From: Cyanophora paradoxa CCMP329 | Lineage: Eukaryota > Plantae > Glaucophyta | Assembly: GCA_004431415.1 (NCBI GenBank) | Contig: QPMI01000460.1 | Span: 61,170-125,169 of the forward strand | Direction of reading: 5' to 3' | Length of the DNA stretch: 64,000 nucleotides | In this document: positions 27,101-40,370 of the stretch, one piece after another | How positions within the stretch are numbered: position 1 is the stretch's first letter | Layout of the letters: every line of letters starts with the position of its first letter | Made by a program: the position numbers and the translations under genes | Notes under the pieces: model-generated | Told to the model about the DNA's origin: nothing | The model's input: only the letters and a program-made list of their open reading frames with translations | Database searches by the model: none

Positions 27101-30100
27101 GCTCCGGCGGAGGGGCCCATAGCCGGCGATCCCGAAGCGGGGGCGGGGCGGGGGCTTCGACCGGGGCGGAGGAGGGGCGGAGGCGGCGGCGGCGGCGGCC
27201 GGGCGCGGGCCGGGCGCCGGCGCCGCTGGCTCCCCGTGCCGCGCCGTCCGTGACGCACTCGACGGGGCGTCGGCGGCGCCGGAGAGGGCCCTGCTGTGCC
27301 GGCGGGAGGCCGTGGAGCGCCTCTCGTCCTTCCTCGCGGCCGCGCACTGCCGGCAGGGCGGGCGCGGCGCAGGCGTCCTCTTCGTCGAAGGGGACGCGGG
27401 GGCCGGCAAGTCGCTCCTGATCTCGGAGGCCCTGCGGCTCGCCGAGGCGGCCGCGCTGCCCTGCCTGCTGCTCGAGGCCGACCCGCTCGCCCCGCACGCG
27501 TACCAGCCCTTCCGCCAGGCACGCCCGCCCTCCCTCCCTCCCGCATGGCAGACGGGGCTAACAGCGCCTGCAGCTTCTTCGTGCGCTTGTGCCGCGGGCG
27601 CACGGCGGCGGCGGCGGCGGCGCGCGGAGGCGGTCCATATTGAGCCCGCCTGACAGCTGGGGCAGCGTCGCGGAGGCTCCGGCGCCCACCGGCTTCGGCG
27701 GGGGCGGGCGGCGGCGCTCCGTGGTCAGCCCGCCCGGAAGCTGGGTCGGAGCGCCAGAGCCGCTGGCGCCCGGCGCCGCCGGTGGGCGGAGGCGTTCCTC
27801 CCTGGTCAGCCCGCCCGGAAGCTGGGTCAGAGCGCCGGAATTCGATCCTCTGAATCCGGCGCCCGGCGCCGCCGGGGGGCGGCGGCGTTCCTCCCTGGTT
27901 AGCCCGCCCGGGAGCTCGGTCGACGCCAGCGCTATGGAACACGAGCCGCCGTGCGCGCCGCCGCGCGCACCAGACACCTGGCTGCACAGCGGCTTCGCGC
28001 TGATTGTGCCGCCCCGCGACGCGCAGAACCGCCGCCGCCGCCGCCACAGCCTCCGCGCCGAAGGCTCCGGAGATCGTCATCCCGTGCGGCGCCCCGCTCT
28101 ACTCCCCCGCCCGCCCCGCCCGGCCCTGCCCGTGACGCGGGGGCAGGCGGCGGGCCTCGCAGCTGGGGCCCTTCCTGGCCGGCCTGGGCGTCGGGGGGCA
28201 AGAAGAAGCCGCCCTCCTCGCCGCCTTCCTCGCCGACGGCCGCGGCCGGGGCTTCAGCGTCTCCAGCGCCGCCAGCGCCGCCGACGCCGCCGCCGATGCC
28301 GCCGCCGACGCCGACGCGGCGGCCGCTGGCGGCGGCGGCGGCGGCGGTGGCGGCGGGGAGGGCCCCTCGTCCTCGATCCCCACCGCCCGCGACTCGGAGG
28401 CCGCCTTCGAGGCCACGGTCCGCTCCGATCCAAATCCATCGAACTTTGTGAGAAATTACTTTAAAGCTGCTCTTTAAGTCAAGGGGCCTCGGCTTTAAAG
28501 AGAAAGCCTTGATCTAGATCTTTGAGAGCCTTGTTATTATTGAGAGAAAGGCCCCGAGAGGCCTTTTTCTTATATGAGAGCCTCTCGGGGCCTTTCTCTC
28601 AATAATAACAAGGCTCTCAAAGATCTAGATCAAGGCTTTCTCTTTAAAGCCGCTCTTCAATTCAAGGGGCCTCGCTCTTAGAGCTCTGAAGAAGGAAGGC
28701 CCCTCAGGGCCTAAGGCTCTGACGTCGACGCTAAGGCCCCTCAGGGCCTAAGGCGCTTTATAATATTGACTTAAAGTTTTTGTAAGGTTCGTATAATTGA
28801 AAATCTGACGCGAACGCTGCCTGCCCCGCGCGCGCGCAGGCGCTGCCGGAGGACGCGGCGGGAACGGAGGGCGCGGCGCCGCGCCTCCTGCGCCTCCTGG
28901 AGGCCCTCCTGGCCGCCGTCGTGGCCCGCTCCGGAGCCGCCCTCCTCGTCGACGACCTGTGCGCCCGCCCGCCCGCTCCGCTCCGTTCCGTTTAGAGCTT
29001 GAGCTTACAGCTCCTAGCGAAACCTCTGTGTTGTGAAGCCCTGCAGCTGACGAGATGCGATAGAACGCCCCGCCCCGCGCGCCGCCGCCGCCGCCGCGCC
29101 CTCAAGCGTTCGCCCGCCGCGCCCGCAGGCACGCCTTCGACTCGGCCTCGCAGCAGCTCCTCGCCCGCCTCGCATCCGACCCGTGCGCCCCCGCCCCTCC
29201 CTGGCGCCCCGCGCCTCCAATTCGAATTCGATCTCACCTGACGCGCGCCTCACCTGGCAGGGCCGCCTCCCTCCTCGTGACCGCCCGCCACGTACCCCGC
29301 CCCGCCGCCTCCAACGAGGCGTGTACCCCGCCCGCCCGCGATCCGCCGCCGACGCCGCGCGCCGCTGACCGCCCCGCAGTTCCGGCGCCTCCGCGCACGG
29401 GCCGCCGCCGCCTCTGCCTCCGAATCCGGCCCTGCCGGCGTTCTCGAGCTGGGCCCCCTCGACGCGGCGGGTGCGCATGCGCGAAACGCGGCGCCGCCCC
29501 GCCCCGCTCCCACTTATTCGCGATCGCGATCACGATCGCGATCGCGACAGAGGTCCCAGAGTTCGTCGCGCGCCTGCTGGAGCTCGACGCGGAGCGCGTA
29601 CCCCCCTGGCTCCCCGCCGCGCTCGCCGAGAAGTCCCACGGCAACCCATTCGCCCTAAAGGAGGCCCGCCGCCGCTCACCTGAGCTCTGAGCCGAGTTCT
29701 CACCTGAGATCTGAGCCCGGGCTCAGATGGTGGCGTACCTGAAGGCGAGCGGGTGGCTGGCGTCTGCCCTCGCCCCCAGCGCCCCCAGCTCCATCGCGGG
29801 GGGTACCCCCGCCCGGCCCGCGCACATCCCCCTCCCCGACAGGTACCGTCCTCGCCCCTCTCCCTTTCTCCGACCGACTCCGCCTCCTCCCCGCCCCTTC
29901 CAAGCCTGGAGCGCCTCATCGTCGCGCGGCTGGACCGGCTGCCGCCCACGGCGGCCCTCGTGCTCAAGCTCTGCTCGGCGCTGGGCCCCCGCTTCGAATG
30001 GGGGCTCGCCGCCTTCGCGCTGGAGGGCTACGCCGAGGGCCGCGAGGTCGCGGCCGCGCTGCAGGTGCAAACGAATCGAAGCTCCTGAACTTAAGCTTCT

Positions 30101-33100
30101 CGTTGGGCTTGCGAGCCGCTTGGCGTGCTCGATCTCGCCTTTTATCACAGTTTAGATTGAGATCCCTCTCGCTTCTAATGTATGGTCGCGGCAGGTGCTG
30201 GAGGGGGCGGGGCTGCTGGCCGCCGGGGAGCGCTTCGAAATCCGCTTCCTCCAGTCCGCCGTCCGCGACGTTCTTTACTCGGTGCGCCCATTCTCTCAAA
30301 TCTTTCCTTGAGCTTCTTGTCGAGATGAGCTGCCTGGTATCAACATGTTGCGCTTGAGCTTCTTATCGCATGCCGCAAGCTTGAGCTGCTCCTACTAAGC
30401 TTCCCCTCTCTTCCTGAGCTGCCATGCTGACTCGCGCGCGCGCGCGCGCCCCGGCCCCAGCTGCTGGCGAGCGAGGACCGGGAGCGCGTGCACCGGCGCG
30501 CCGCCGAGTTCCTCGAGCGCGCCGCCTCCCACGAGGTGCGCGCAAGCGAGAGAACGGGGCGCCGCTTCTAGAGCGGAAGCTCGACCAGCGCCCAGCTCCT
30601 AGAACGGGACCTAGCTCCCTCCCTCCCCCGCCGCCCCCATCCATCCTACAGCGCGCCGCGTCGCCTAGAGCGGGAGCTTGCCCGGCGCCTAGCCGGAGAC
30701 CTAGCTCGAATTCCCCCGCCTCCATCCATCCTACAGCGCACCGCCTCGCAGGAGGGCGCGGCGGCGGCGCGCGTCGCGCTGCCCCTAGCGCCTAGCTGCC
30801 CCAGCTAGGAACTAGGAACTAGCGCCTCGCATTCCTGCGCCTCGAGAACGGGGGACGCCGCCGCTTCTAGAGCGGGAGCTCGCCTGGCGCCTAGCTGGGG
30901 ACCTAGCTCGAATTCCCCCGCCTGCATCCATCCTACAGCGCCTAGCCCGCCTAGCCCGGCGCCTAGCTAGAGCACTCGCCTAGCCCGCCGGAAGCTCGCC
31001 TAGCGCCTAGCCGGGGACATAGCTCGACCTAGGTCGCCTCGCAGGAGGGCGCGGCGGCTGCGCGCGTCGCGCTGCACCACGTCGCGGGGGGCCGGCCCGC
31101 CCGCGCCCTGCCCCACCTCGACGCCTGCGGTCCGCATCCTTGAGCTTTCTTTGCTCCTCGCTTCCATTTCATTTCTTCTAAGCTTCGAGGCAGCGGCCGC
31201 GGCGCTGCTCGTGGGGGCCTACACCGAAGCGCTGGAGCTCGCCCAGGTCCGCCCTCCCTTCCCCCGCCCCCCCTGGAACCGGTACCCGGGCCGCCACCTT
31301 TCTGACTGGCGTGCGCCGCGTCGCAGCGGGCGCTGGCGCTGGAGGCGGCGGAGGAGGGCGGGGAGGAGGCGCTGGCGGTGGCGCGGGCGCGGCGCTGGCA
31401 GCTGGCGGCGCGCGCGCTCTTCTCGCTGGGGCGCGCCTGGGAGGCCGGGGAGGCGCTCGAGCGCTGCCTGCGGCTGCTGGGCCTGCCCCTCGCCCACGAG
31501 TCGCCCAAGTCCAAGGCCCTCGCCGTCGTCATGCAGGTCAGATCTAGACCGCCCTGAGCTATTTATAGATGCAGACGAGGCCCTCGGATAAACTGACCGA
31601 CGGTGTAGGTCCTCCGGAAAGCGCGCGCCGGGCCGGCCGTCCCCGCGTGCGCCCCTGACCCCCGCCCCCCCCCTCCTCCTCCCCCCCCCCCCATCTCCCC
31701 CTCCCCCGCCTGTTTGACGCCCCTGCCCTCCCGCCAGCGCCGGGCCGCTGAACGCGAGCAACGGGCGCGACCGGGACCGGGCGGGGGCGCGAGCCTGGCG
31801 GAGCAGCGGCGGGCGGTGCTGGCGGGCGCGCTGACGACCTACTCGCACCACCTCATCCACACCGGCGACGCCTTCACCGCGATGTACTACGGTCCGCCCC
31901 CCCCCCCCCCCCCCCCCCCCCCTTCTCCCCCCTCCTTACAAATGTAATTTGATCACTGGGCGCAGCCTTTCTGAACTGCGACGTGGCGGCCGCGGACCCC
32001 TCCTCGCCCCTCTACGTCGACGCGTGCGCCGAAAGCCCCTCTACCCCCCTACCTCTCCCCCCTTCGTCCAGGCCTACGCTAGGCCTTTTTGGCGGAAGGC
32101 TGATCGGCCCCGCCCCGCCGCCCCGCCCCGCCCGCGCAGCTGCGCCCACATGTTCGCCGTTCTCTCGGTCCGCCCCGCCGCCCCCCCCCCCCCCCCCCCC
32201 CCCCCTCCTCCTCCCAACCCTCTCCCCCAACGCCGGCTCTGAGCCGCTAAACCGCCCCGCCCCGCCCGGTGCACAGGTGGCGCGAGTCCCGCAGAAGCGC
32301 TCCCGCGAGTGGCTCCGCCGCGCCGAGGAGCTGTGCGCCCGCCCGCCCCCGCCCGCCCCCACGCCCCGCCCCGCCCCGCCCCGCCCCGCCCCGCCGAGGC
32401 CTTGGGGCGCGCGCAGGTGCCAGACGAAGCGCTGCGAGCGGTCCTTCGGGTACCTTCGCTCCGAGCAGCTCGCCGTGCGTGCCCGCGGCCCCGCCTTGTT
32501 ACATAGAGAGAGCATAGAAGTTTATTCACTTCATAGAGCCGGGCTTCATAGAGAGCACGGATCTAGAAACTGACGTAGTGATAAATGTACAACAAATCAG
32601 ACAATTCGCGCCTGCATCTTTAGCTGCTGAGCGCGCGGGCAGGTGGCGGTCATCTTCTGCGACTTCGAGGCGGGGGCGGCCCTCGCCGAGGCCGAGGCCC
32701 CCAGGGCGCGCGCGGCCCCTCCTCCCTCCCCTCCCCCCCCCTCCCCCTCCGCTTCCCCCCCCCCTTCCCCCTCTTGATCTGAATCGGTGCCGGGCGGGTG
32801 CGCAGTTGCGCGCCATTGGGACTACCGGGCCCTGGGCGAGGTCCGCCCCCCCCCCCCCCTCCCCCCCCCGCCAGCCCCCTCTATGCCACCCCACCCCACC
32901 CCCCCCGCGCCCCTCCAACACCCCCCCCCCCCCCCGGCCCCCCTTCCCCGCCCCGCGCGCGCCCCGAAGAAGCTCCTTGCTCTACCCGCCCTACTAGACC
33001 TGGATTTCTTAGCCTGGATCCGCAGCCTCTGCCCGCCCAGCTATAGATACGCCCCGCCCCGCGCCGCCCCGCCTTGAGCTCGCCCCGCCCCGCCCCGGCC

Positions 33101-34917
33101 CCCCTCGCCCTGCCCCGGCCCGAGCTCGCTCTTATGCGCCGCCCCTCAGGTGCAGGCCTTCGCGGCGCTCCTGCATCACCTGAGGGGCGACTTCGGACGC
33201 GCCCAGGAGTCCTACCAGCGCGCGGTCAGATCTAATCTGATCTGATCTGATTCGATCTGATCTGATCTGATCTGATCTGAGCAGCTGGACGACGCGCGCG
33301 AGTCGAACAACGCGATGCACATGTGCGTCCAGTCTCCTGCGGCCCTCGAGCTTAAGCTTGAGCATAGATTAAAAACTTGAGGATCCCTTGATATTTTAAA
33401 AGCTTTACGTGCACCTTAGCTTGCGCGTGCCCTCGAGGCTCGGAACTCGAAGCTTCGCCATCTTCGGTCCCTTCTGATAAGCTCACAACCCGGGCCGGCC
33501 GGGCCGCGCAGGACGTGGGCACTCCTCGGCTGGGCCTCGAACCGCCTCTGGGCGGGCGTGTGCGACGCCCCGGCCGCCGCCGCCGTCGAGGAGGCCTGCA
33601 CCATCTTCCCCCAGGAGGCCCGCCCGCCCCTCCTCCTCACAGATCTGATCTGATCTGATTGATCTGATCTGATCTGATCCGATCTGATCCGATCCGATCC
33701 GATCCGATCTGATCCGATCTGAGCCGCGCCGGGGCGCAGTCGTACCGGATGGAGATGCTGTCGAAGCGGGCGGCGCTCGCCCTCCTCCGCCTACGCCAGG
33801 GCCGCCTCGAGGTCCGCCCGCCCGCCGGCTTCGAGGCTTCGAGATCGCCGAGTCGACTGCTTTAGCTCTGCTTCGAATCAGTTTACTAGTTTGATTAGAT
33901 TAGATTAGATCCAGGGCCGCCCCGAGGTCCGCCCGCTAGCGCTGCACGATCACCGAGTCGACTGAGCCCTAATAGAAGAATAAAAGATCAAATTGAGGGC
34001 CTATAGCTTCGATTCACGTCGTAGCTAAGGCGCCCCTTCAGGAGTCGCGGCTGGCGGCGGCGGAGGCGGCGGAGGCGCTGCGGGGCCACCGGCGCCTCCC
34101 CGTCGCCGGCCGCGTCCTCGTCTGGTACCCCCCTTTTGTTCTCCCCCCCCCCGCCCCGCCCCGCCCTTCTACGTCTTACCGCCGCGTTAGGTGCTTCGCG
34201 ATTCAGCCGCTCTGCACGCTCGCAGGCGTCCTGTTCGGCCTTCTGGACCGAGGCGCACCCGGCCCGGGCGCCGGCCCCGGCGCCGGCCTCTCGCGGGCCT
34301 GGCGGACCCGCCTCGAGTCAGCCCTGGAGGACGTGCTGGGGGACCTGAAGCGGGGCGCCCGCACGGCGCCCATATGCGGTACCCCCGCGCTCTACCTCGA
34401 GGGCCGCTGGCACGCCCTCCGCGGCTCGCCGGGGCGCTCCCGGCGGCGCTGGGCAGAGGCGGCCGAGGCCGGGCGCCGCACGGGCATGCGCCTGTTCGAG
34501 GCGCGGGCGCGGGCGGCCCTGGGGGGGCCCGAGGCCGCCCCGCACCTCGCGTTCCTCTCCGGCCTCGCGGATCAAATCGCGTCGAGCGCCCCTCCGCCCT
34601 CCCTAGGCCTCGGCCCGCCGCTCTCGCCCGTGTCCAAGAGCTTCCGGCGGGACGCGGACCCGGAGCCGGAGCCGGAGCCGGCGTCGGCGTCGGGGGCGGG
34701 CATGAGCCTGAGCCTGAGCCTCGGCAGCCCGCCGATGTCGCCGGCCGCGTGGGATGGCGGGCGCGGGCCCGAGCGCGATCGCGAGGACGAAGGCGGAACG
34801 CACCTGGAGGGTCCCCTGGTGGTCTCCGATCGGCCCATTCTGCCCCTCTCCCCCGACGCGAGCGCCCCGCACAGCCCTTGCCGGTCCCCGCACGCCGGCG
34901 CCTGGCTCCAGCTTTAG
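24189..34917 (+). CDS. Second ADCY10-like soluble adenylyl/guanylyl cyclase (cyclase x2 + STAND NTPase + helical repeats), multi-exon
   Basis: VLVDVAGS, GAEALSRALNACF, HGGDVIRFL|GDAIL; LTELRIISCAFV; CDYNVLGHPCNM|AARLMAKA; LQVKG; Walker A FVEGDAGAGKS; KSHGNPF; IVARLDRLPPTAALVLKLCSALGPRF; ends AWLQL*. Confidence 0.85.
28491..28651. repeat. Perfect 72-bp inverted repeat (foldback) with 17-nt loop in an intron
   Basis: 28491-28562 is the exact reverse complement of 28580-28651. Confidence 0.95.
33227..33722. repeat. Two (GATCT/GATCC)n pentamer microsatellites in introns (33227-33280, 33641-33722)
   Basis: Directly visible; a similar tract occurs at 14741-14770. Confidence 0.85.
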
Positions 34918-35742
34918 TTATGCATCACGGCCCGTCCCAGTGTTTCATATTTATTTGCATTCTTAGGCCTCGGTAGTTCATGATCAGGTTACGCCTCGGT
35001 AGTTGCGTTTGCGCCAGATTGGTTTAAATTTGCTCTTAGTTTCAATTGCAGTTGTTTTCGCTCTTTGCGCAGTGCAACTTACTGTATATTCAGTAATGCG
35101 TAGTGCATCGTATCCAGTGCCACTATGCTTGTGCTTGCAGTGTTTTTCGTCCAGTGCATCGTATTCAGCTTCTCATAACCTCTGAAGTGACATGGTGACG
35201 CTTAAGTGGCGCAGATGGCAGACGCTTTTAAGGCTTGATAAGTTGTTTTGATTTAAAGATTGTAGCGATCGCGAGTTGCGATCTGCGGCCGTAAAATCGA
35301 ACTTCTGAACAGTCTCCCGAACTTCTGCGGCCGGTGCTTATTTCCCGCACTTAATTGTAACTCAGTAGCCTGTGACTTCGTCCTTTAATTAATTTGAGCT
35401 TCAGGGCTTTGTGCAAGTCGCGGCTCCCGCCAGAAGACTCGAATCTGATCCCACGTATACGAATTTCCGATATTGCAATTAAAACTGGTGTCGCGGATCC
35501 GCACAGGATGAGATCTAGAGTTGAATTGAAGGCGTAGGGGCACAGATCTAGACTCCGGGATGACACTGGGCGATAAACCTCTAGTCCCTTCCACCCGGCT
35601 CCGAGCCCCCCAGGCCCCCATGGCCACGACCGCGCTCCCCTCGCTTCCCAGAGTCCCAGCGCTGAGGAACGAGCCGCAGACTGCTCAACAACACTTCGGC
35701 TTGTTAAAAGTAGTAGTATTCCATAACGTCGACTATAACCGT

Positions 35743-38700
35743 TTAAGTATACGTATTCCATAGATTGCGCCCCGCCGGAAGCTTAAGGGCGCCGCTGAGC
35801 GCCCCTCGAGGCGGACCTCCCAACGACCGGCCGCCGTCACGACATCGTGATCGAGGCGCCCTGGAGGAGGATCCCCGCCCCCTCCGTGATCTGCCGGACA
35901 AGGCGTCGAGGCACGTTTCAGTCACAGAAAGAAAGAAAGAAAGAAAGAAAGATAGGGGGGTGGAGCGCACGGAGATCTGGCTGGCCTTCGGGGCGACGCG
36001 GTACGCGAAGAGGCCGCGGCGCTCCACGACCGTCCGGCCCCAGATCGCGTAGAGGAGGCCTGGAGGGGGTGGGAGGGGCGGGGGCGGGGCGGGGGGGGGG
36101 GGGGGGGGGGGTAAGATACGGCGAGGCACCGGAGGGCGGGGGTGGGGGGGGGGGGGGCGGGGGCACCGTCCGGGGTGGAGGCGGTGATACCAATGTTCCT
36201 GCATGCGCGCGGGGCAAAGGTGGTCATGATCCGGGATGGAACGGAACGGGCAGGCCGGGTGGGGGCAGCGTTAAGAGGCCGGGCCGCGAACCAGCAGCCG
36301 TCCGTGGTCCAGTCCTCGACCCCGCCGGCCATGGCCGGGCAGATCTCGGGGGGCGCCCAGGGCAGGAGGCCGCCCCCCGGCCCGGGCCCGAACGCGTTGC
36401 CGTCCCTGTCCAGCGCGTACCTGCGTGCGGGGGTACCGATATCAATGTCGGGCCGGGCGGGCGAGGAGCTTAAGCGTGAGAAGGGAAGAGCGGAGGGAAG
36501 AGAGCAGACTCTGAGCTGCTCCGACTCTAAGCTTTGGCAGAGGGCAGAGAGAGGACGGAGGAGCGCAGCCAGGCTTAGGCCGGGCTCAGCTAGGTAAGCC
36601 GGGAGGAGAGCCGATATTAATCGTAAGCCAGGCCCTGGCGATTGGCTTAGGCCAGGCTACGCTATCTACGCCGGGAGGAGAGCAGCTGCAGCGGGAAGCC
36701 GATCGTAAGGCGGGCCCCGGCGCACATGTAGGACTGCGCCGCCTGGCCCCAGGGGTTGCCCGCCGCCACCACCACCGTCCCGAAGCGGCCCCTGCGGTCG
36801 CCGTCGCCGTGAGGGGCCGCGAGGCGCCACGCCCCGCCCCGCCCCGCCCCGCCCCGCCCCGCGCGAGCGAGCTCTAGACCTCTATAGAGCTAAGCGTCGG
36901 AGCGCTGCGGAAATTGCGCTCCGATCCCTGGGATGCTCTAAGCCGGCTATGGGGCTTCCTTCGCGCGAGTTTATCTAATGCTCGCCGTTATCTATCTTTA
37001 TCTAATTATAATGCTCGCCGCTAACTATCGTTATCTTATGCTCGCTGCTATATATCTATCTTTATCTCTTGCCTCGCCCTCTAGAACGCCGTTCGCGCGC
37101 GCGCACGCGGCGTTCTGGGCGAAGTCGATGCCGTAGGACCAGGAGCCGTAGGGCAGCGCCGCGATCTCCAGCACCGCGTAGGGCGCCACCGTCGAAATCT
37201 GCGTGCGGGGGGTATCGAATATGATCGGTGCGCGGCTGCGGCTGATGCCTTCGGGGCGCGCCGCCGCGCCACGCCGCGCCGCCGCACCTTGTGCACAAGC
37301 AGGTTCTTCGTGACGGCGTACACGTACGGCTGCGAGTGGTCCAGCGCGATGTCCATGTACCCTGGGAAGGGGGAGAAGGAGGGAAGCCTCAGTCGGGGGG
37401 GGGGGGGGGGGGGGGGGGGTAGGGGTCGTCGAAGGCGCACCGGTCCCGCCGACGCCGGTGTTGCGGGCTGCCACGACCAGAACGTCGCTCCCTGCCAAGA
37501 CGTCAGAGGTGCGCGGGGCTTCGAGGCGCACGGGGCGCGTGTGCGGGCGGGCGCACCGTCGAGCAGCATGCTCCAGATCTCGGAGCGCTGGTCGCCGTTC
37601 CCGAACCAGTTGAAGTAGACGCGCCCGTCCAGTTTCGAGTACCCCGCCCCGCGGATGTTCCCCGTCACCATCCGGCCCCCCGAGAGGCCCGGAGGCGCCC
37701 CCACCTGCCGCCCCGGCCGGGCTTGAACCCGTGAAACGCGAGGGGGGGCATGATCGCGGGGTACCGTGTTGAGGGGGGTCGCGTCGGCCTGGCCCATGCA
37801 GCCGCCGTCGTACCCCCCGACCGCCCCCAGGTTGCTCCCCGGGCCCTCGAGGGGGGATACCGTATTCGCGAAGGGGTCGAAAAGGCGCACTGCGCGGCGG
37901 GCCGGGGGTGGCGGTGAGCGCGCCGCAGCGGATGCATCTTTTGTGCGGCGCCGGCTCCGCTCACGCCGGCAGTTGAACTGAGGGGCTCGCGTCAGGGGCT
38001 CGTCGGGGCGGGATGCGGGGCGTGGGGGTACGCGCACGTCTCCGATGACGACCTTCCCGTTCGGGAGCGCTGCGGGGCGGGGGGGGGGGGGGGGGGGAGG
38101 GGGGGGTTAGGCGCGCAGCGAAGCGGGTGGGGATTGGGGGGGGGGGGGGGGGTTCAGGGGAGGGGGGGTAGGCGAGGAGAAGCAAAGCGGAAAACAGACT
38201 CACGCGCGAACGAGGTCAGCAACCTGCGAGGGGGTATGAGTGACATCGTCAGAAGGGGAACCCCGGCGGGGCGGGGCCGGTTCATCAAACGGAGGGGGTA
38301 CACGTGCACGCCTGAAGCTCGCGCCGGTGGTTACAGTGGCGTCGCCGTCCGCGTTGCCCGTGTACGTCTGGCCGAGGAGCTTCTTCATTATGCACGTCTT
38401 CGGGTCGATCTGCACGGGGCGGGGGGATACGGAATCAGCGATCTCCCGGGGGGTACAGTCGTCTAAATCACTCCAGTCTGGTACCCACCTTGTACAAGCC
38501 GACAGCTGCGGAACGGGGGCGTCAGTGGCGCGTCTCCACGCAGCGTGAGCGGGCCCCGGGGTACAGGCGCACCCGAGCCATACCAGAGGACCTGGTGGTA
38601 CTGCACGGCCCCCGGGGGATCGATCGCGGTCAGGTGAGAGAGGGGAAGGGTACCAGCGGCCGGCGCGAGGGACTCGCCTCGTCGTACGCAAGGCCGGCGA

Positions 38701-39085
38701 CCTCCTGCAGCACAGCGTTCGTCCCCTGCACGAAATCTGCGAACGAAGCGGGGGTTGGGTTGGGGTGGGGGCGTGCTCGGCGTCGGCGCCTGCGGAGGGG
38801 TTTCGGCCCTACGCCGCGCGCGTACGCACCGTCGGTGGGTGTTGGCGCGGTTCCTGACGTCTCCACGTGCCCGAGACAGTGCGCACTGAAGGGGCAAGCA
38901 CGCATTCGTCAGCTTCCGCCGGCCACACAGCCGGAATTCGAAGGGCGGGCGGAGCGCGCGACGCACTACTGCCCGACAGGTAGGTCGAGAATGTTCGGCT
39001 CAGCGCCGGGCGGCAGGCCAGGCACGACGACGGTCGCGTGGACAAGGACGCGGCCGCCGCACAGCGCCATGGCCAGCAGGGCCAT
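35743..39085 (-). CDS. Multi-exon putative secreted protein (possibly beta-propeller-like), function unknown
   Basis: Signal-like start MALLAMALCGGRVLVHA; protein-like exons (LDGRVYFNWFGNGDQRSEIWSMLLD, YMDIALDHSQPYVYAVTK, WSYGIDFAQN) separated by CCCCG-rich introns; 3' end uncertain. Confidence 0.5.
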
Positions 39086-39852
39086 GCGCCAGCAGCCAGA
39101 GCGCTAGCGCCCCTCCCGGCATCTCGGGGGCGATTTCAACCGCGCTGCGGGCTCGATCTAAGCGCCATGTCAAAGCGTAGGGCGAGGGCGGACCGCGAAC
39201 CTCCAGCTTGCAGCTGGCAAGCTTAAGTTTCCGCAGGCCTTGAAGCAACGTTAACTGATCCCCGGGCTCGCCGCCTTCGCCGTTCCGATGTGCACGTTCA
39301 GCCGCACGTATCAAGCGATACGCGTGTGCGGTAGCTCGAGCGCGGCCGCTTGGGTAACCAGTGCTACCTGGCAGCTGAAACGTTGTCTCCGCGGCCGCTC
39401 AACGAGACGTGCTGTATAAGCCTGTAACGCCTTGCTAGCTATGGCGAAGCAGCGCAAAGGCGCAAGCTGCTGAGACGCCGCGAGGCCCGTCACGCAAGCA
39501 CTGCGCATGCGCAAGCTTCGTCAAATTGGTGTACCCGTCTGGCGAGCTCCGAAGCGAACAAACCGGTACCGCCCGCGCCGCCGGCGCAGCCCCAGCGCCC
39601 GAGATGCTTCCCTATAGCTAGGCGGCAGCTCCGGCACTAGAGCCGTTTTCCTAGCCGGTTTCGCGCGGCCGGACCGCCCGATCGCGAGCATCGATATATC
39701 GAATTCCCTGCCCCATGGCCATGCCACCCCGCGCGCGCGGCCGGCGCCAGCGCCGCTCTCATATGCATCATGATCTTGGCGTCGACGTCGGATTTAAGGA
39801 TTCATTCTCGGAGTCTCACTGCACTGCACGGTCTGCACCCCGCTGCAGGGGC

Positions 39853-40370
39853 TCAGGGCGCGGGGATGTCGCCCCCTTCGGGGTCCCCGCCGCCCCCGCC
39901 CCGGCTGCCCCCGATCACGCCCCCGCCCTGCTGCAGGTCCGCCAGCAGGTCCTGCGCCCCGGCTCGGCCCCGGGGGGAGGAGCCGGCGGGCGGGGGATAC
40001 CTTGATCTGGCTGGAGAGGTCCTCGAGGTCGTCCGAGAGGCGCGTCGCGTTCTCCGCCTCCCTGTGGGGGGGATCAGGCGGGGAGGGGGGGGGGAGCGGG
40101 CACGGGGTACCGGTTGTCGAGCTCCTTGAGCTTCGTCTCGAGCTCGTCGACGCGCCGCCGGAGCGCCGCCGCCTCCTCGGGCGTACCCCCCGCCGGCCGC
40201 CGGCCCCCGCCGCCGCCGCCGCCGCCCCGCCCGACTCGGGCCGGCGGCGGGGCCCGGGCCCGGGCCGGCCTCGCCGGAGAGGCGCGCCTCGTCGACGGCG
40301 GCGCGCAGCGTCTCGAGGTCCACGCGCAGCCGCGCCACGTCGCCCCGCAGGATCGGCAGCGAGTGTTGCC
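39853..40370 (-). CDS. Host gene fragment (coiled-coil-like); its 5' part is not found before the foreign DNA
   Basis: LRGDVARLRVDLETLRAAVDEARL exon with host-type GC content and introns; no start codon identified. Confidence 0.35.

Noticed and set aside
7000-40000. Numerous long Arg/Pro/Gly/Ala-rich ORFs on both strands
   Set aside because: Shadow frames caused by very high GC and read-through of introns; real exons were identified by motifs
1-40370. Assigning the host species (style recalls GC-rich intron-dense algae such as glaucophytes)
   Set aside because: Cannot be established without a database search
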